The translations under genes were made by a program, and so were the position numbers. From an uncultured virus (IMG/VR IMGVR_UViG_3300032293_000679) (taxonomy: Duplodnaviria > Heunggongvirae > Uroviricota > Caudoviricetes), in the IMG/VR virus record IMGVR_UViG_3300032293_000679: a stretch of DNA of 64,000 nucleotides; one strand, written 5' to 3'. The notes below the pieces were generated by a model, which was not told the origin of the DNA, searched no databases, and saw only the letters and a list, made by a program, of their open reading frames with translations. This document shows positions 1-10,395 of this stretch, one piece after another. How positions within the stretch are numbered: position 1 is the stretch's first letter; each line of letters starts with the position of its first letter.

Positions 1-278
1 AACTCAGCAACCTCTTGAACTACTAGATTAACATAATTCTCCTCACGCAATGCTTCTTTAATATCGGACTTAGTACTTCTAAAGTCCATTCGCATCCCCA
101 TGATGTCAAACAAATCTCCAATGATATTGATTTGATAACCCTTTTCTTTTGCTTCGTCAAATAGACGCTTAACCTTCTTTTTGTCTGTGTACTTAGAGTC
201 TAAGTGAAGGTCAGATAGCCAACGCTGTGTAAAAGTCTTATTAAACTTTTGCAGGTAGGCATCATTTTTTCTTATCAT
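1..278 (-). CDS. Calcineurin-like metallophosphoesterase, N-terminal part (runs off window start)
   Basis: Hand translation MIRKNDAYLQKFNKTFTQRWLSDLHLDSKY...NIIGDLFD shows the DxH and GDxxD motifs; frame stays open to base 1. Confidence 0.85.
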   Translation of the reverse strand, partial: MIRKNDAYLQKFNKTFTQRWLSDLHLDSKYTDKKKVKRLFDEAKEKGYQINIIGDLFDIMGMRMDFRSTKSDIKEALREENYVNLVVQEVAE

Positions 279-618
279 ATAGGTATTTTATTAGGGGGAA
301 CAATACACTAAAGAGTATGGAATAAAAGAAAAAGTATATTATTCCTTTCAAAGATAAAGATATTGACAAACAAAAGCAAATTACCCACAAAAGCTTGGAT
401 AAATGCCAAAAATCACAGAATGGTGCGGCTATATTCACCGCAATAAATGCGGCATATACTCTTGGTATATACTGAGAAAGCCAGTCTGCAAGCTTGTATT
501 TAATCTTCCAGCCCTCATTAGAAAACCATAGACCAAACCTACCGAATGTATTGTAAGCCATGATGTTATCCATGATGGCGTTAAATAGACAGGCTATTAC
601 TATAAGTATAACAGTCAT
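262..618 (-). CDS. Hypothetical multi-pass membrane protein
   Basis: 118-aa ORF with several hydrophobic segments and a DFWH motif; overlaps neighbouring genes operon-style. Confidence 0.7.
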   Translation of the reverse strand: MTVILIVIACLFNAIMDNIMAYNTFGRFGLWFSNEGWKIKYKLADWLSQYIPRVYAAFIAVNIAAPFCDFWHLSKLLWVICFCLSISLSLKGIIYFFFYSILFSVLFPLIKYLYDKKK

Positions 619-731
619 TTACTTTTCTTCTCCCTCTCTTTAATTCTTTTGATTTCCTCTTTAGCATCATATTCTAAATAGGATACAAGCAATGCTACGG
701 ATACGCTCAATATGATGACGAAGAAGTTCAT
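615..731 (-). CDS. Small single-TM protein in lysis cassette (38 aa)
   Basis: Hand translation MNFFVIILSVSVALLVSYLEYDAKEEIKRIKEREKKSK; ATGA overlaps with both neighbours. Confidence 0.6.
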   Translation of the reverse strand: MNFFVIILSVSVALLVSYLEYDAKEEIKRIKEREKKSK

Positions 732-1141
732 GCTATCTCAATAGTTATCTTCTCCTTTTTCTCAACCTTCTTTAATTCAGCCATAAAAGCACTGAATGTT
801 TTTGCTGACTCACCTATGAAGTCTTTCATCTTGATTTTACCTACAAGGATACAGCCTTCTGTATCTTCTGGCTTATTGCCTGTATGCATTCTGATGCCTG
901 CGAATTGAGGCACATTTAATATCTCAGGTAAATACTTTTGGAAACGATTGCTGAATGATAGCACAACATTGTAAGTGCCTCTTGGTATGGCGGTAATGCC
1001 AAACTCTTTCTTTCCTCCCTGCTCAACATATCTGTCCTTATCTTCTAGCGTATAGCAGAAGAACTTCCCATTAATATGTAGCTCACCTATAGTTGATTTA
1101 TTGGTGAATATTTTCCTGATTACTTTTAATTCCATTGCCAA
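728..1141 (-). CDS. DUF5675-family putative endolysin (L,D-transpeptidase-like His/Cys motif)
   Basis: Motifs YTLED, TAIPRGTYNV and IRMHTGNKPEDTEGCILVG; adjacent to holin-like genes. Confidence 0.8.
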   Translation of the reverse strand: MAMELKVIRKIFTNKSTIGELHINGKFFCYTLEDKDRYVEQGGKKEFGITAIPRGTYNVVLSFSNRFQKYLPEILNVPQFAGIRMHTGNKPEDTEGCILVGKIKMKDFIGESAKTFSAFMAELKKVEKKEKITIEIA

Positions 1142-1328
1142 AGAAGTTAGATAGAAACAAACCTATAATACCTACAATTCCAGTGTACATGGCAGCCTCT
1201 TGTTCGCTAAAGTAAACGAATGTACCAGCGGCTACAGAACAGGTTGAAAATAGAGCTAACCCAAACCTAGCAATATTTCTAGGTGTAGGTTTAAAGAATT
1301 CGCTTAATCCAAACTTGTACTTTGTCAT
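1098..1328 (-). CDS. Holin-like protein (2 TM)
   Basis: 76 aa with two hydrophobic helices, immediately upstream of the endolysin. Confidence 0.6.
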   Translation of the reverse strand: MTKYKFGLSEFFKPTPRNIARFGLALFSTCSVAAGTFVYFSEQEAAMYTGIVGIIGLFLSNFFGNGIKSNQENIHQ

Positions 1329-1519
1329 CTGAATAGTTTTTTAATAATGAAAATCAACTTGGGTAGATTGATTAAAATAGTTATAAAGGAACTTAGTATA
1401 GCTAGTAACACAGCCACTGCTTGAAACTCAGGCAATAGGTTAGCAACCTTGCTCAAGATTAAGAAGATCCAGCTAGTGATAGCAATTCCAAATTCAAATT
1501 TTACTTCTTGTGTTATCAT
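1325..1519 (-). CDS. Holin/antiholin-like small membrane protein
   Basis: 64 aa, two hydrophobic helices and a basic C-terminus, within the lysis cassette. Confidence 0.55.
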   Translation of the reverse strand: MITQEVKFEFGIAITSWIFLILSKVANLLPEFQAVAVLLAILSSFITILINLPKLIFIIKKLFR

Positions 1520-1524
1520 AGTCT

Positions 1525-1648
1525 TTATTTGCCTTGACCTCTGTATTGTTTTACAGACTCGTGTTTATTTCTCTTTTTCTTTTGAACGCCTTCCTTTTTC
1601 CTTCCAAAAGATACTTTTTTTTATTACTGAATTTTTAGATACTGCCAT
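1525..1648 (-). pseudogene. Small basic phage protein ending YRGQGK, interrupted by one extra base in an A8 run
   Basis: MAVSKNSVIKK followed, one base later, by VSFGRKKEGVQKKKRNKHESVKQYRGQGK*; span is 124 nt (41 codons +1). Confidence 0.55.
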
Positions 1649-2427
1649 TATAATGCGTTTAATGCTATTATGTAATCAGAAATTCTATTGTAAAAAGTTA
1701 TTGCAAAAGAAGCTAAATCACCTCCAATAAATGCAACTTTAATTTGAGAAGTTCCAAATGATGTGCTATCATTATATTTTAATAAGTTAAAGCTATTATT
1801 ATCAGCAACCCAAGTAACATTTGACCCAGATGTGCTTATACCATTTCTAAATGAAACTACAGCTCCACTTGTTTTATTTAAATGTAAAAAACTATTAGAA
1901 GTATAGTTTGGTGTTGTTACTGTAGCCCCAGAAATAATTGATGAGCCATTTCTAATTCTGTTATTAGCAAGACCAGCAGCTATCACTGGACTTGCTACGC
2001 CTGCTAAAGTTCCAACCCATACTCCAAAAGAACCGTTTGGATTTGCAAAGTTTGTTCCAGCAGTTGCATTGAAATTAAGATTCACAAATTGAGTTGAACC
2101 ATTTCCAGTAAAGCCAGACTTAGGTGATATAGAAGGAAGTGCAGTTGATGTGCCATAATTAGAGCTTGGATTTTTCCAGTTAATTAAAGCAAAGCCACCT
2201 GTAGCATCAGTTATATTGTTTGCACACATATAGAACGCATCAAGTCTAGCCCAAATTCCATCATCAATTAAGTTTTTAACTAAAGCGTTCTGAATAGTCT
2301 TCTCATTAGCACTAGGCTGTATAACACCTCTTGACGAAGCATTATTTAAAATAGCTTGATAAGTACTGTTATAAGGACTAACAGCTACCCCAGACTGAAT
2401 ATTTAAACCTAGACCTAAATTTGGCAT
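1648..2427 (-). CDS. Tail fibre / receptor-binding protein (beta-sandwich, lectin-like)
   Basis: S/T/N/G-rich; N-terminal MPNLGLGL; GIWARLD...LINWKNP pattern typical of Bacteroidota phage fibre modules; lies at end of tail block. Confidence 0.6.
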   Translation of the reverse strand: MPNLGLGLNIQSGVAVSPYNSTYQAILNNASSRGVIQPSANEKTIQNALVKNLIDDGIWARLDAFYMCANNITDATGGFALINWKNPSSNYGTSTALPSISPKSGFTGNGSTQFVNLNFNATAGTNFANPNGSFGVWVGTLAGVASPVIAAGLANNRIRNGSSIISGATVTTPNYTSNSFLHLNKTSGAVVSFRNGISTSGSNVTWVADNNSFNLLKYNDSTSFGTSQIKVAFIGGDLASFAITFYNRISDYIIALNAL

Positions 2428-2430
2428 GGA

Positions 2431-2724
2431 TTACAAGTTAGCGTTACTACCACCATACAATCTAACGATACCGTTAGTCAGTGTGATGCTAGTAATTTTA
2501 CCATAAATAATTACACCTTGGTTGATATCTGTACTTGCTAATGTAGTATCAGCAGCCCCATCAATAGTAATAGTAGCAATCCTTGCAGTTGCTGACAATA
2601 CTTGCACAGCAGTCCAACTACCTGTTGTAGCAGCAGTATTACTTACAAAGTTATTATTTCCGTTTTGACCGAAAGAAGTTTGCCATAAGGAAACTAATAT
2701 TCTTTTTAATATATCCCAATTCAT
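2431..2724 (-). CDS. Small virion/tail protein
   Basis: 97 aa, beta-rich (IYGKITSITLTNG); own TAnnTTTG promoter at 2741-2748. Confidence 0.6.
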   Translation of the reverse strand: MNWDILKRILVSLWQTSFGQNGNNNFVSNTAATTGSWTAVQVLSATARIATITIDGAADTTLASTDINQGVIIYGKITSITLTNGIVRLYGGSNANL

Positions 2725-2754
2725 AGTCTATTATTTTAAACAAATATAACAATT

Positions 2755-5700
2755 TTATTTGAATAATCCACGGAAGATACCCCTCCACTTAGTTACTGCA
2801 CCCATGATTTCTATGTACGCTGGAGTCTTAACTTCTATTATAGCAAACTGACCGATAGGTTGTTGACCTGATGCCTTGGCAAAAGCCACAAAGAAGTTGT
2901 CCCATCTTTTCTCGGCTAGCGTGCCTAGATGAGGGAAAGAAGCATCACTCACAACACTCATAGAAACTGTTGGGTCTGTGAATGAATATCCAGTACCAAC
3001 AGCTATGGCTGTGCTTAAAAACCTCTTATCATTTAGTACTCCCTTGTTAGCTACAAACTTGATATTGAACTCTTGTGAGCTACCAAAGAAGCTTAAAGTA
3101 GCCCCAGTAAACAATTCATACACAGAACTATTATAAGATGCCATAGATAAGTTATTAAACTGAAAGTATCTCAAAGGGTTTATCGTAACAAATGTAGAGA
3201 AGTTATTTACATTCTCATTATACATTAATGTGTACTTAGACGACTCATTTCTAAATGTCATAATCTGAGAGGCGTACTTTGGGTCGTACACCTGTATCAT
3301 ATCGTACTCCTTGGTTACACTATCTATACCCAAGAAGTAAGTTCTCATTGCTTGTTCATCACTAAGAATCCTGATACCATCAGCACCATACCTGCAATAC
3401 TTTTTAAATGCAGGAGAGAACCAATACATCTGAGAGTTACCATTATTATTCTGACCTACATACACACAGGTTTGGAAAGTACTGCCATAGGTTGAGATGA
3501 TGTTCTCCCTTTGATTGTATACGCCACCTGTACCTACTAAGATTTCTCCACCACCTTGAGTTCCTATTGCGACATCTGATAAGTAAGGCAATACGGACAC
3601 TGCTCTTGGTTGAACAGATACCATGTAGTTATTTACATCACGCAAAGCTACTATCTCTCCGTTCTTGGTATCTAAATCTCTAAAGTCAAGTGCATTAATC
3701 TTTCTATAAAAGTCCTGCACAGAATTAATAGGCTTTTGTTGAGAGTAATATATCCTTGACACAAACTTAGATTCAGAAGGTACGCTAGAATCGTATGCTT
3801 TTATAGGCAGAGGATACTGAGCTGAGTATGCTTCATCGTAGTTAAATTGTTCTTCAGCTACCTCATCTATTGTTTTAAATGGAAATAAATAACTTGATAT
3901 ACTTTGCCATCCTTGTAAGTTCCTTGTGGGAGCTACATCTTCACTCTGATTACAATAAAAAAGCTGAGTGTTTATTTTGTTTTGAGCGTAATACGAAATG
4001 AAAGAGGACTTCACAGTTCCATCTTTATAATCACTCCAATATCTAACTTTCAATATATTCTTTTGAGTATAGGTATCCCCACCAAAAACATTAATTCCAC
4101 TTAAAACATTAGGACTAAAATCATTTACAGATACATAAGTTCCAGTAGGAACAATGTCAATAGATTTAATATCATACTGTTCGCCTGTTATGACTCTTTT
4201 GTATTGAGCCATATAAACTCCATTATCAAGAAAATTAGTCTGACCACTTATATAATTATCAAAACCTAAAGACATATTTTCCATAGAACCAGATGCGCCT
4301 ATTGAAATATTAATGCTCGGTTGATAATACTCATCAGTAGGTAATCCACTAATCTTTGAACTTAATATCCTAGTACTATCTGGATTATAATCTCCAAGTG
4401 CTTCGTCAAAATTTACATATCTACCATCTGTTACATTTACATCTATTTGATCTGGAACTGAGGAGTAAACCTCTCCAAAATATTCTGCATAACTAGCCTG
4501 AAATGTTGACCCACTTTTATATTCGCTTATATTATTTAAAACAATAGAAGGAGAGAAGTATGTTACAACATCTCCTGCGCTTGGCTCTAATGTTACCACC
4601 CTAGTATCATGCGAAAAGAACATTCCAAATCTTCTTTGTATTGCTGTACTATTATATTTACTATTATAATCTCCAGAAAAAGTTGGAATACTAGCATAGT
4701 ACCCTGCCCTAAAAGCAGTTCCAGACATATCATCTGCTGTAAATAAAACCCCAGAACCTAAAACACTTGGATTACAAACGCCTCTCCATACCGAAATACC
4801 ATTTAATTGGCTTTTAATAGAAGAAATATCTAAATTGTTTATTACTGCGTAATATACAAGCGTGTTATATGTATTTTTATCTGTTCCACTTGTGTATATT
4901 CTAGCGTCATAAACCCCTCCTATTTGATTTTGAAAAAACTTGCGTTCTCCAACAAAGTAAGGGCTAGATATATATCCATTCTTATAATGAAAACGAACAA
5001 AGAATGCGTATGTTTCATTGAACATATAACCAACCTTGTTGGCACAGTTTTCTGGTAGTTGGTACTCTCCAACTTTAGTCCCTGTAAAATCTAAAGATTT
5101 AGAATCAATAGCTACTGCTTGAAAGTTTGTATCTGAACTCACATAAGCTTCAACTATATTTCTAAAAATAGACCTTATGGTAACACAAACTTGATCGCCT
5201 GCGGCTAGTTCTGCATTAACAGAAATTGATTGAATTGGAAGTTGAGCGCCTAGTGTATAGTAAACTTCTTTTGAGACTAATGTTTCAAATGTAGAGCTAG
5301 CGGCTTTTTTTCTTTTTATTTCCATTAAAAGTGGATTAGCCTCAAAAGAACCAACCACTAAAACTGAAAAATTAAAATACAAATTATAACTACCAGCTTG
5401 TAAAGAAGAGACAGTCCAAATTCCTGTTGTTGGGTTGTAATTTGGATTTGATACACTTTGATTTGAAAGCTTTAATGTGTAAGTAGTTGCTACAAAGGGA
5501 GGGGGCGTTGGATACCAAGGAGTGTCACCAACAAGCCCTGTAGCGCTATTATTTAAAACAGTATTATTAATACTTGATAAATACCCAACCCCTCCCATTG
5601 AGTAAGTACCCTGACTAATACTTGCTGCTGACGCTAAAGCTGCTGTAGTAGAATCGTCAGCGCCAAGATTTACATTGGCTATATTGAATCTATTCTTTTT

Positions 5701-7068
5701 AATCTCAAGAGTTTTAGCCTTTTTAATTACAGGTTCTGTTTGAGGAAATAGTCTGTAATCGTATGGGGTAGCACCTGTTTCATAGCCAGTGTGTGTTATC
5801 GTTATTTCAGAACCAGTAATAGGATACTTGCCTATAATCTTAGCATCCGTAGCCGCACCTGCATGATATATAGCAGCTAATTCAACGAAATTAAATACAT
5901 TAGGCATACAGTTTTGAACAAGCAATACATTTGATTTGGTTGTTTGTTCTCCTGATCTATCTCCCTGTATTCTTATGTATGCACTAGGAGCGCCAGTATT
6001 TGTTTTAAATACAGGAATTGAATTAGGGCTTAGTACGCTCCACTCTGTTGTATTGTCTGTTCCGTTAACTCCAAAGCGGACAGAATATCTGTAGCCACCA
6101 GAAGGCAGGTTTCCACCTGTCTGTAATTGACTACTAAATGTAACTATACCTGCATTGTTAATCAACTGCAAGTTAGTTTGCTCATCTGCATAGTTATAAA
6201 TCAAGTAGCCACTAGTTGCTATGTACCAGTTTGTATCAGTGTATTTTAATAAGCAATCAGTTGAATAACTCTTTTGAATGTAGAACACCTTTGGCTTATT
6301 GTAGTTGTCTGTAACATACATTGCCCATTGGTCGTTACTCACACTCTCCATTCTAATATCAATCGCCTCTGGATTGATTATAGGGAAGCTCCATCTCCAA
6401 GTTCTAAAGAGCCTTGTATAAGTCCAAACACCGCCTGCGCTAACTGTAGCCACACCTAATTCAATTACACTTTCATTTGATGTCTCAGACCAAACGAATA
6501 AATTGTCTTCAATAGTATAAGAAGCAATAGGTAGAAGACCTTGATTATCAAGATAAGCCTCTTGTAAAATTACCGTTTCCTTTTCGGTAGAACCTATACT
6601 CCAAGTGATGTTTGCTCTAAAAGCTTGAGGAGTAGATACAGTTTTAGCTATTGTGAACTTTACATAATCATAAGCAGGACTCGCAGAGTAGGTGGCTGCA
6701 TAGTATCCTAAACTGTTCAATTGAGCTGTTAATAAAGACTGAAAGCTAGTATATCTATCAGCAGGGTTTGCACCAGTAGTAGTAAAGCTACCGCTCTTTA
6801 ATGAAGTGCCATCATAAAAAGAAAATGAGTAAGCATAGTTTGCGCTAAAATCTACTTGAACTCTGGTTATCTGATACTGAGAACTTACAGATGGCACACT
6901 AAAAGCTAGTGTAGTTCCTTTAAGCGGACTGATTGATTTACGGCTATTTGAATCAACCGAATATATATCAACATTTGTTGCGTCAATATATCTGCTATCT
7001 TGCACACTTCTTAAATCAGAGTCACTATCCAAGCCCCCTGTGAATGTATTTATCTGAGTATCTTGCAT
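2755..7068 (-). CDS. Tail stabilization/muzzle (nozzle) protein, crAss-like
   Basis: 1437 aa; N-terminal NTFTGGLDSD...YIDATN, VFGGDTY, SRIYYS and YNE..NNFSTF motifs; follows three ring-protein genes. Confidence 0.75.
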   Translation of the reverse strand: MQDTQINTFTGGLDSDSDLRSVQDSRYIDATNVDIYSVDSNSRKSISPLKGTTLAFSVPSVSSQYQITRVQVDFSANYAYSFSFYDGTSLKSGSFTTTGANPADRYTSFQSLLTAQLNSLGYYAATYSASPAYDYVKFTIAKTVSTPQAFRANITWSIGSTEKETVILQEAYLDNQGLLPIASYTIEDNLFVWSETSNESVIELGVATVSAGGVWTYTRLFRTWRWSFPIINPEAIDIRMESVSNDQWAMYVTDNYNKPKVFYIQKSYSTDCLLKYTDTNWYIATSGYLIYNYADEQTNLQLINNAGIVTFSSQLQTGGNLPSGGYRYSVRFGVNGTDNTTEWSVLSPNSIPVFKTNTGAPSAYIRIQGDRSGEQTTKSNVLLVQNCMPNVFNFVELAAIYHAGAATDAKIIGKYPITGSEITITHTGYETGATPYDYRLFPQTEPVIKKAKTLEIKKNRFNIANVNLGADDSTTAALASAASISQGTYSMGGVGYLSSINNTVLNNSATGLVGDTPWYPTPPPFVATTYTLKLSNQSVSNPNYNPTTGIWTVSSLQAGSYNLYFNFSVLVVGSFEANPLLMEIKRKKAASSTFETLVSKEVYYTLGAQLPIQSISVNAELAAGDQVCVTIRSIFRNIVEAYVSSDTNFQAVAIDSKSLDFTGTKVGEYQLPENCANKVGYMFNETYAFFVRFHYKNGYISSPYFVGERKFFQNQIGGVYDARIYTSGTDKNTYNTLVYYAVINNLDISSIKSQLNGISVWRGVCNPSVLGSGVLFTADDMSGTAFRAGYYASIPTFSGDYNSKYNSTAIQRRFGMFFSHDTRVVTLEPSAGDVVTYFSPSIVLNNISEYKSGSTFQASYAEYFGEVYSSVPDQIDVNVTDGRYVNFDEALGDYNPDSTRILSSKISGLPTDEYYQPSINISIGASGSMENMSLGFDNYISGQTNFLDNGVYMAQYKRVITGEQYDIKSIDIVPTGTYVSVNDFSPNVLSGINVFGGDTYTQKNILKVRYWSDYKDGTVKSSFISYYAQNKINTQLFYCNQSEDVAPTRNLQGWQSISSYLFPFKTIDEVAEEQFNYDEAYSAQYPLPIKAYDSSVPSESKFVSRIYYSQQKPINSVQDFYRKINALDFRDLDTKNGEIVALRDVNNYMVSVQPRAVSVLPYLSDVAIGTQGGGEILVGTGGVYNQRENIISTYGSTFQTCVYVGQNNNGNSQMYWFSPAFKKYCRYGADGIRILSDEQAMRTYFLGIDSVTKEYDMIQVYDPKYASQIMTFRNESSKYTLMYNENVNNFSTFVTINPLRYFQFNNLSMASYNSSVYELFTGATLSFFGSSQEFNIKFVANKGVLNDKRFLSTAIAVGTGYSFTDPTVSMSVVSDASFPHLGTLAEKRWDNFFVAFAKASGQQPIGQFAIIEVKTPAYIEIMGAVTKWRGIFRGLFK

Positions 7069-7745
7069 TATTGGTTTGCTACTTTTATTCTTGCTCTACT
7101 TTCTGTATTGGTATCATTGTCTACATTGTCCTGTGCTTGGTTTAAAGTCAAGGCAACCTTAGCTTTAAATAAGTCCATAACAACGCTGAATATTTCCTCA
7201 GACATTGGGTAAATATCTGTCTCAGGATTAAAGGTAGGTATATCTAATGGGTTTTCAAAAATGCCTTGAACATACAAGCTCTTCAACATTTTGTTACCGT
7301 ATATGTAAATCATATTGTCAATAGGTTGATACATAATTATCTTCCCATTATTTAAGTACCCTCTTTGCTTTAGTACATCAACCTCTTGTCTTGTGAAGAC
7401 TTTCTTAAAAGCTTGAGTAGCATCTTTAGCCCCAACATAAATATCACCACCAACCTTAGGGCTGATATTTACAAATCTTGGACAGTCAAATACAAGATAG
7501 TCAAGACTTGCATTCTGGTCTTCCTTTACAATACTAACATTTAAAGATTGCACACACGCAGCGTCTATCTTCTTTGAAGCAGCATACTGTTGTGAGCCAT
7601 TATATTTAAGGATGATAGCATCTTGCCTGAGCATAGGTATCATAGCCTCAACAGCTTCAAGGTCAGAGTATTTACCTCCGACCTTTGACTCAAAGGCGTT
7701 AACCGATCTCACAAGCAAGTCTGCGTATTCTGCTAATAGTTTCAT
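7068..7745 (-). CDS. Tail ring/tubular protein
   Basis: 225 aa; VQGIFENP and YPM motifs resemble crAss-like ring proteins; position before muzzle. Confidence 0.6.
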   Translation of the reverse strand: MKLLAEYADLLVRSVNAFESKVGGKYSDLEAVEAMIPMLRQDAIILKYNGSQQYAASKKIDAACVQSLNVSIVKEDQNASLDYLVFDCPRFVNISPKVGGDIYVGAKDATQAFKKVFTRQEVDVLKQRGYLNNGKIIMYQPIDNMIYIYGNKMLKSLYVQGIFENPLDIPTFNPETDIYPMSEEIFSVVMDLFKAKVALTLNQAQDNVDNDTNTESRARIKVANQ

Positions 7746-8410
7746 ATATTGGTATTATCTAAGGTTTGAACTGCTGATTGCGTCTGGAAGAACTGAGCTT
7801 CCCTGTAAGCATTGCCAGCTAATTTAAGAGCTTCATCAAGCAACATCTGAATAGTTCTGTTACCATAAGGACAGGTAGCTGCGTCAAATCCACCGACACC
7901 AAACTCAAAAGGAATATAATCTCTGAAGTAACGAATAGTCTTAGAGGTTATATTAGTGGTTGGATATATCGTAATAACCGATTCGTTTCCAGTAAGACCT
8001 GATGTAGGCGTGGATGAATATCTATATCTTGGATACCTGTATGTACCTTGTGAATAAGGACTAATAACTTCAGCGTCATTTAATGGTTGTGCTACTTTGT
8101 TTGTATATACTTTTGAACCATCAACATAAGTGACAGTTACATTTATTAATTTCTCATAAGGGTTACTAGCAAGCAAGTCTTGATTCAAGTTGATTGTTGA
8201 TGTACTATTTGAGATGGTTGTTGACTTTAATAGTGGGGCTAACTCTGTTGTGTAGGAGTTATCCAAATCTAAATTGTTATACAGCTTCTTGAACACAGAC
8301 AGCGATGCTTTATTGAAGATACTATTTAAGTCTGGATCTTCAATAATTCCACTAGCATATGCATCCCATTGCTGGAAGAAAAGTTCTTTTATTTGTGTGT
8401 TGGTCATCAT
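7742..8410 (-). CDS. Tail ring/adaptor protein
   Basis: 222 aa in ring-protein cluster; helical ends flanking a beta core. Confidence 0.55.
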   Translation of the reverse strand: MMTNTQIKELFFQQWDAYASGIIEDPDLNSIFNKASLSVFKKLYNNLDLDNSYTTELAPLLKSTTISNSTSTINLNQDLLASNPYEKLINVTVTYVDGSKVYTNKVAQPLNDAEVISPYSQGTYRYPRYRYSSTPTSGLTGNESVITIYPTTNITSKTIRYFRDYIPFEFGVGGFDAATCPYGNRTIQMLLDEALKLAGNAYREAQFFQTQSAVQTLDNTNI

Positions 8411-9207
8411 ATCAGAGAGTTGATTCTGTGATTAATATATTGATAATCCTCGCTTTGTGGCATTGCTGCAATAGCCTTACAATGTGCCTTACCTCTTTTC
8501 CAAGCATCTTGATGCATCTGAATAACATAGGCAGGAAACTTATCTGCATTGTCCATCTTGTAGGTGAACAACACAAACTCTGTTAAAGCTTCTTCTGCAT
8601 AGGCAGGTATAAGCAAGTATCCATCCTCATCAATGTTGCCTGATAGGTAGCTGATTTTAGCGTAAGCAAAGTCACAGTTGCTACTGAAGTACATTATGTT
8701 GTTTACCACATTAACAGTGATTGCAGGAGAAGCAATGTCTATACCTTCAATAGCTATTCCACCTAAGCCATCATAGAAAGCTCCGTTTAAGAATACAGGT
8801 ATCGTGCCTGAGTTGACATTGCTGAATACGGTTTGGGTAGCCACACCTAATGTAGATGTACTTTGGTTTGAGTTATTAGGTAGCACCTCTTGTGTGCTGC
8901 TCTGAGTTACAAAAGCACTATTATCTACACCTAATTCATTTGCATTGAATAGTCTTATAGGGAAAGTCTTTGTAAATCTAATAAATCCATCAGGCAATAC
9001 AGCCTTGAAGTTCTCAATAGGAACATCTGCTTGTGCAGGAATCATAGTCCCTAGAGACCTCAATCTTTTAATACCTCTATTGATAATATCCAAAAGATAA
9101 ATGTCTTCAGTCGTGCTATCCTTTAACCCAAGCCTCATCTTAACTCCAGACAAAACAAAGTCTGAGCTAACAGTTTCATAAATACCTTGTCTAGCGAGTT
9201 GGTTCAT
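8407..9207 (-). CDS. Tail ring/gatekeeper protein (start revised to MNQLARQ)
   Basis: IENFKAVLPDGF and SYLSGNIDEDGYLLIP motifs; the longer track ORF overlaps a terminator and promoter, so ATG 9207 is preferred. Confidence 0.65.
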   Translation of the reverse strand: MNQLARQGIYETVSSDFVLSGVKMRLGLKDSTTEDIYLLDIINRGIKRLRSLGTMIPAQADVPIENFKAVLPDGFIRFTKTFPIRLFNANELGVDNSAFVTQSSTQEVLPNNSNQSTSTLGVATQTVFSNVNSGTIPVFLNGAFYDGLGGIAIEGIDIASPAITVNVVNNIMYFSSNCDFAYAKISYLSGNIDEDGYLLIPAYAEEALTEFVLFTYKMDNADKFPAYVIQMHQDAWKRGKAHCKAIAAMPQSEDYQYINHRINSLI

Positions 9208-9234
9208 AGGACAAATATACAAAAAATTTACAAC

Positions 9235-9267
9235 AAAAAAGCCCACCCATTTTACAGGGTGAGCCTT
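9235..9267 (-). terminator. Intrinsic terminator
   Basis: Minus strand AAGGCTCACCC-TGTAAAAT-GGGTGGGCTT followed by a T run. Confidence 0.75.
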
Positions 9268-9303
9268 TTCGCACACTTATTAATTACCTATGAAACAAAC
9301 GGT

Positions 9304-10344
9304 CTACTTGGCTGACAACTCAGCATACTTAGTTTCAATGTAAGTAGCTTCTTCTGGGTGTTCAGCTTTGAGCTTCTCAAGCTCTGCTTTCTTCTGCTCT
9401 TCATCTTTAAACTTTGTAACCTTAAAGATTTTAGCATTTATGGTTCTTTGCTTTGCAGCTTCAAACTCAAGAGGCTTCTTTACTTCGGTCTCTTTTGTTT
9501 CTTCTACTTCAGCTTTAGATGATGTTGTAGCATATCCAACCTTGCCATATAACAACTTACGAGGAGATTCGTTTGTATTGAAGTAAGCAATGCACTCTTC
9601 TTCTGTCTTTCCAATGGCTTCATTGTTGAAGTACATATACTCATTCTTGATTTCAATAATACCTTCTTCAAGAGCCTTACGCAATTTAGACAACAACTCA
9701 TAGTTACTATCCTTTAATGTTTGCTCCCAACTCATAGGGTTAAACTGAAGCTTAGTCATGGCTGTATTATAGATAGCCTCGTAGGTTTTACCCTTAACTT
9801 GAATATTGTATGCGTAACAGAAATCTAAGAATCTCTCTCTATTCTTCTCATACATTTCAGTCAAGATGCGAGTACCTTCAGCTAACTTCTTATTCTTTTC
9901 AACTTGATTGTTTTCAATTTGACTCTCTTCAATCAGCTCAAACAAAATGTTAGTACCAATATGCTCGTTAATATTATCCCCTTGTCCGTTTTTAACTAAC
10001 ACCTCTGGATGTTCTTTTAAGAATTGGTAAGCAATACGAGTAGTCTTATTAACTTCTTTTAATTCAGAGTCTACCATTCTTACTTCATCCTCTTCTAAGT
10101 AGAATGATTTTTCCAAGAAGCATCTTGTAGATTTTGGTTTGCCTTGAATGTTTTCTGATTGAACTAAAGCCCAAGACAAAGTATTTTTATGATCATTATC
10201 GTCAAGCTCGGCAGTCTCATACAACTTGCCTTTCTTATTGATGAAGTCATACATACCTGTCTTTCTGTTAAACTTAGAAAAGGTAATAACTCTGCCTAAT
10301 TGGTTCTCGTATATGTAAACGAGTTTAAATGTATATTTTTTCAT
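9304..10344 (-). CDS. Conserved head-associated/cargo protein (crAss-like, downstream of capsid genes)
   Basis: 346 aa charged helical protein; KALEEGII...YFNNEAIGKTEEECIAYF C-terminal motif. Confidence 0.5.
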   Translation of the reverse strand: MKKYTFKLVYIYENQLGRVITFSKFNRKTGMYDFINKKGKLYETAELDDNDHKNTLSWALVQSENIQGKPKSTRCFLEKSFYLEEDEVRMVDSELKEVNKTTRIAYQFLKEHPEVLVKNGQGDNINEHIGTNILFELIEESQIENNQVEKNKKLAEGTRILTEMYEKNRERFLDFCYAYNIQVKGKTYEAIYNTAMTKLQFNPMSWEQTLKDSNYELLSKLRKALEEGIIEIKNEYMYFNNEAIGKTEEECIAYFNTNESPRKLLYGKVGYATTSSKAEVEETKETEVKKPLEFEAAKQRTINAKIFKVTKFKDEEQKKAELEKLKAEHPEEATYIETKYAELSAK

Positions 10345-10395
10345 TTCTTCCTATATTAATGCAAATATAATTAATTTTTTATAATAAAATACAAA

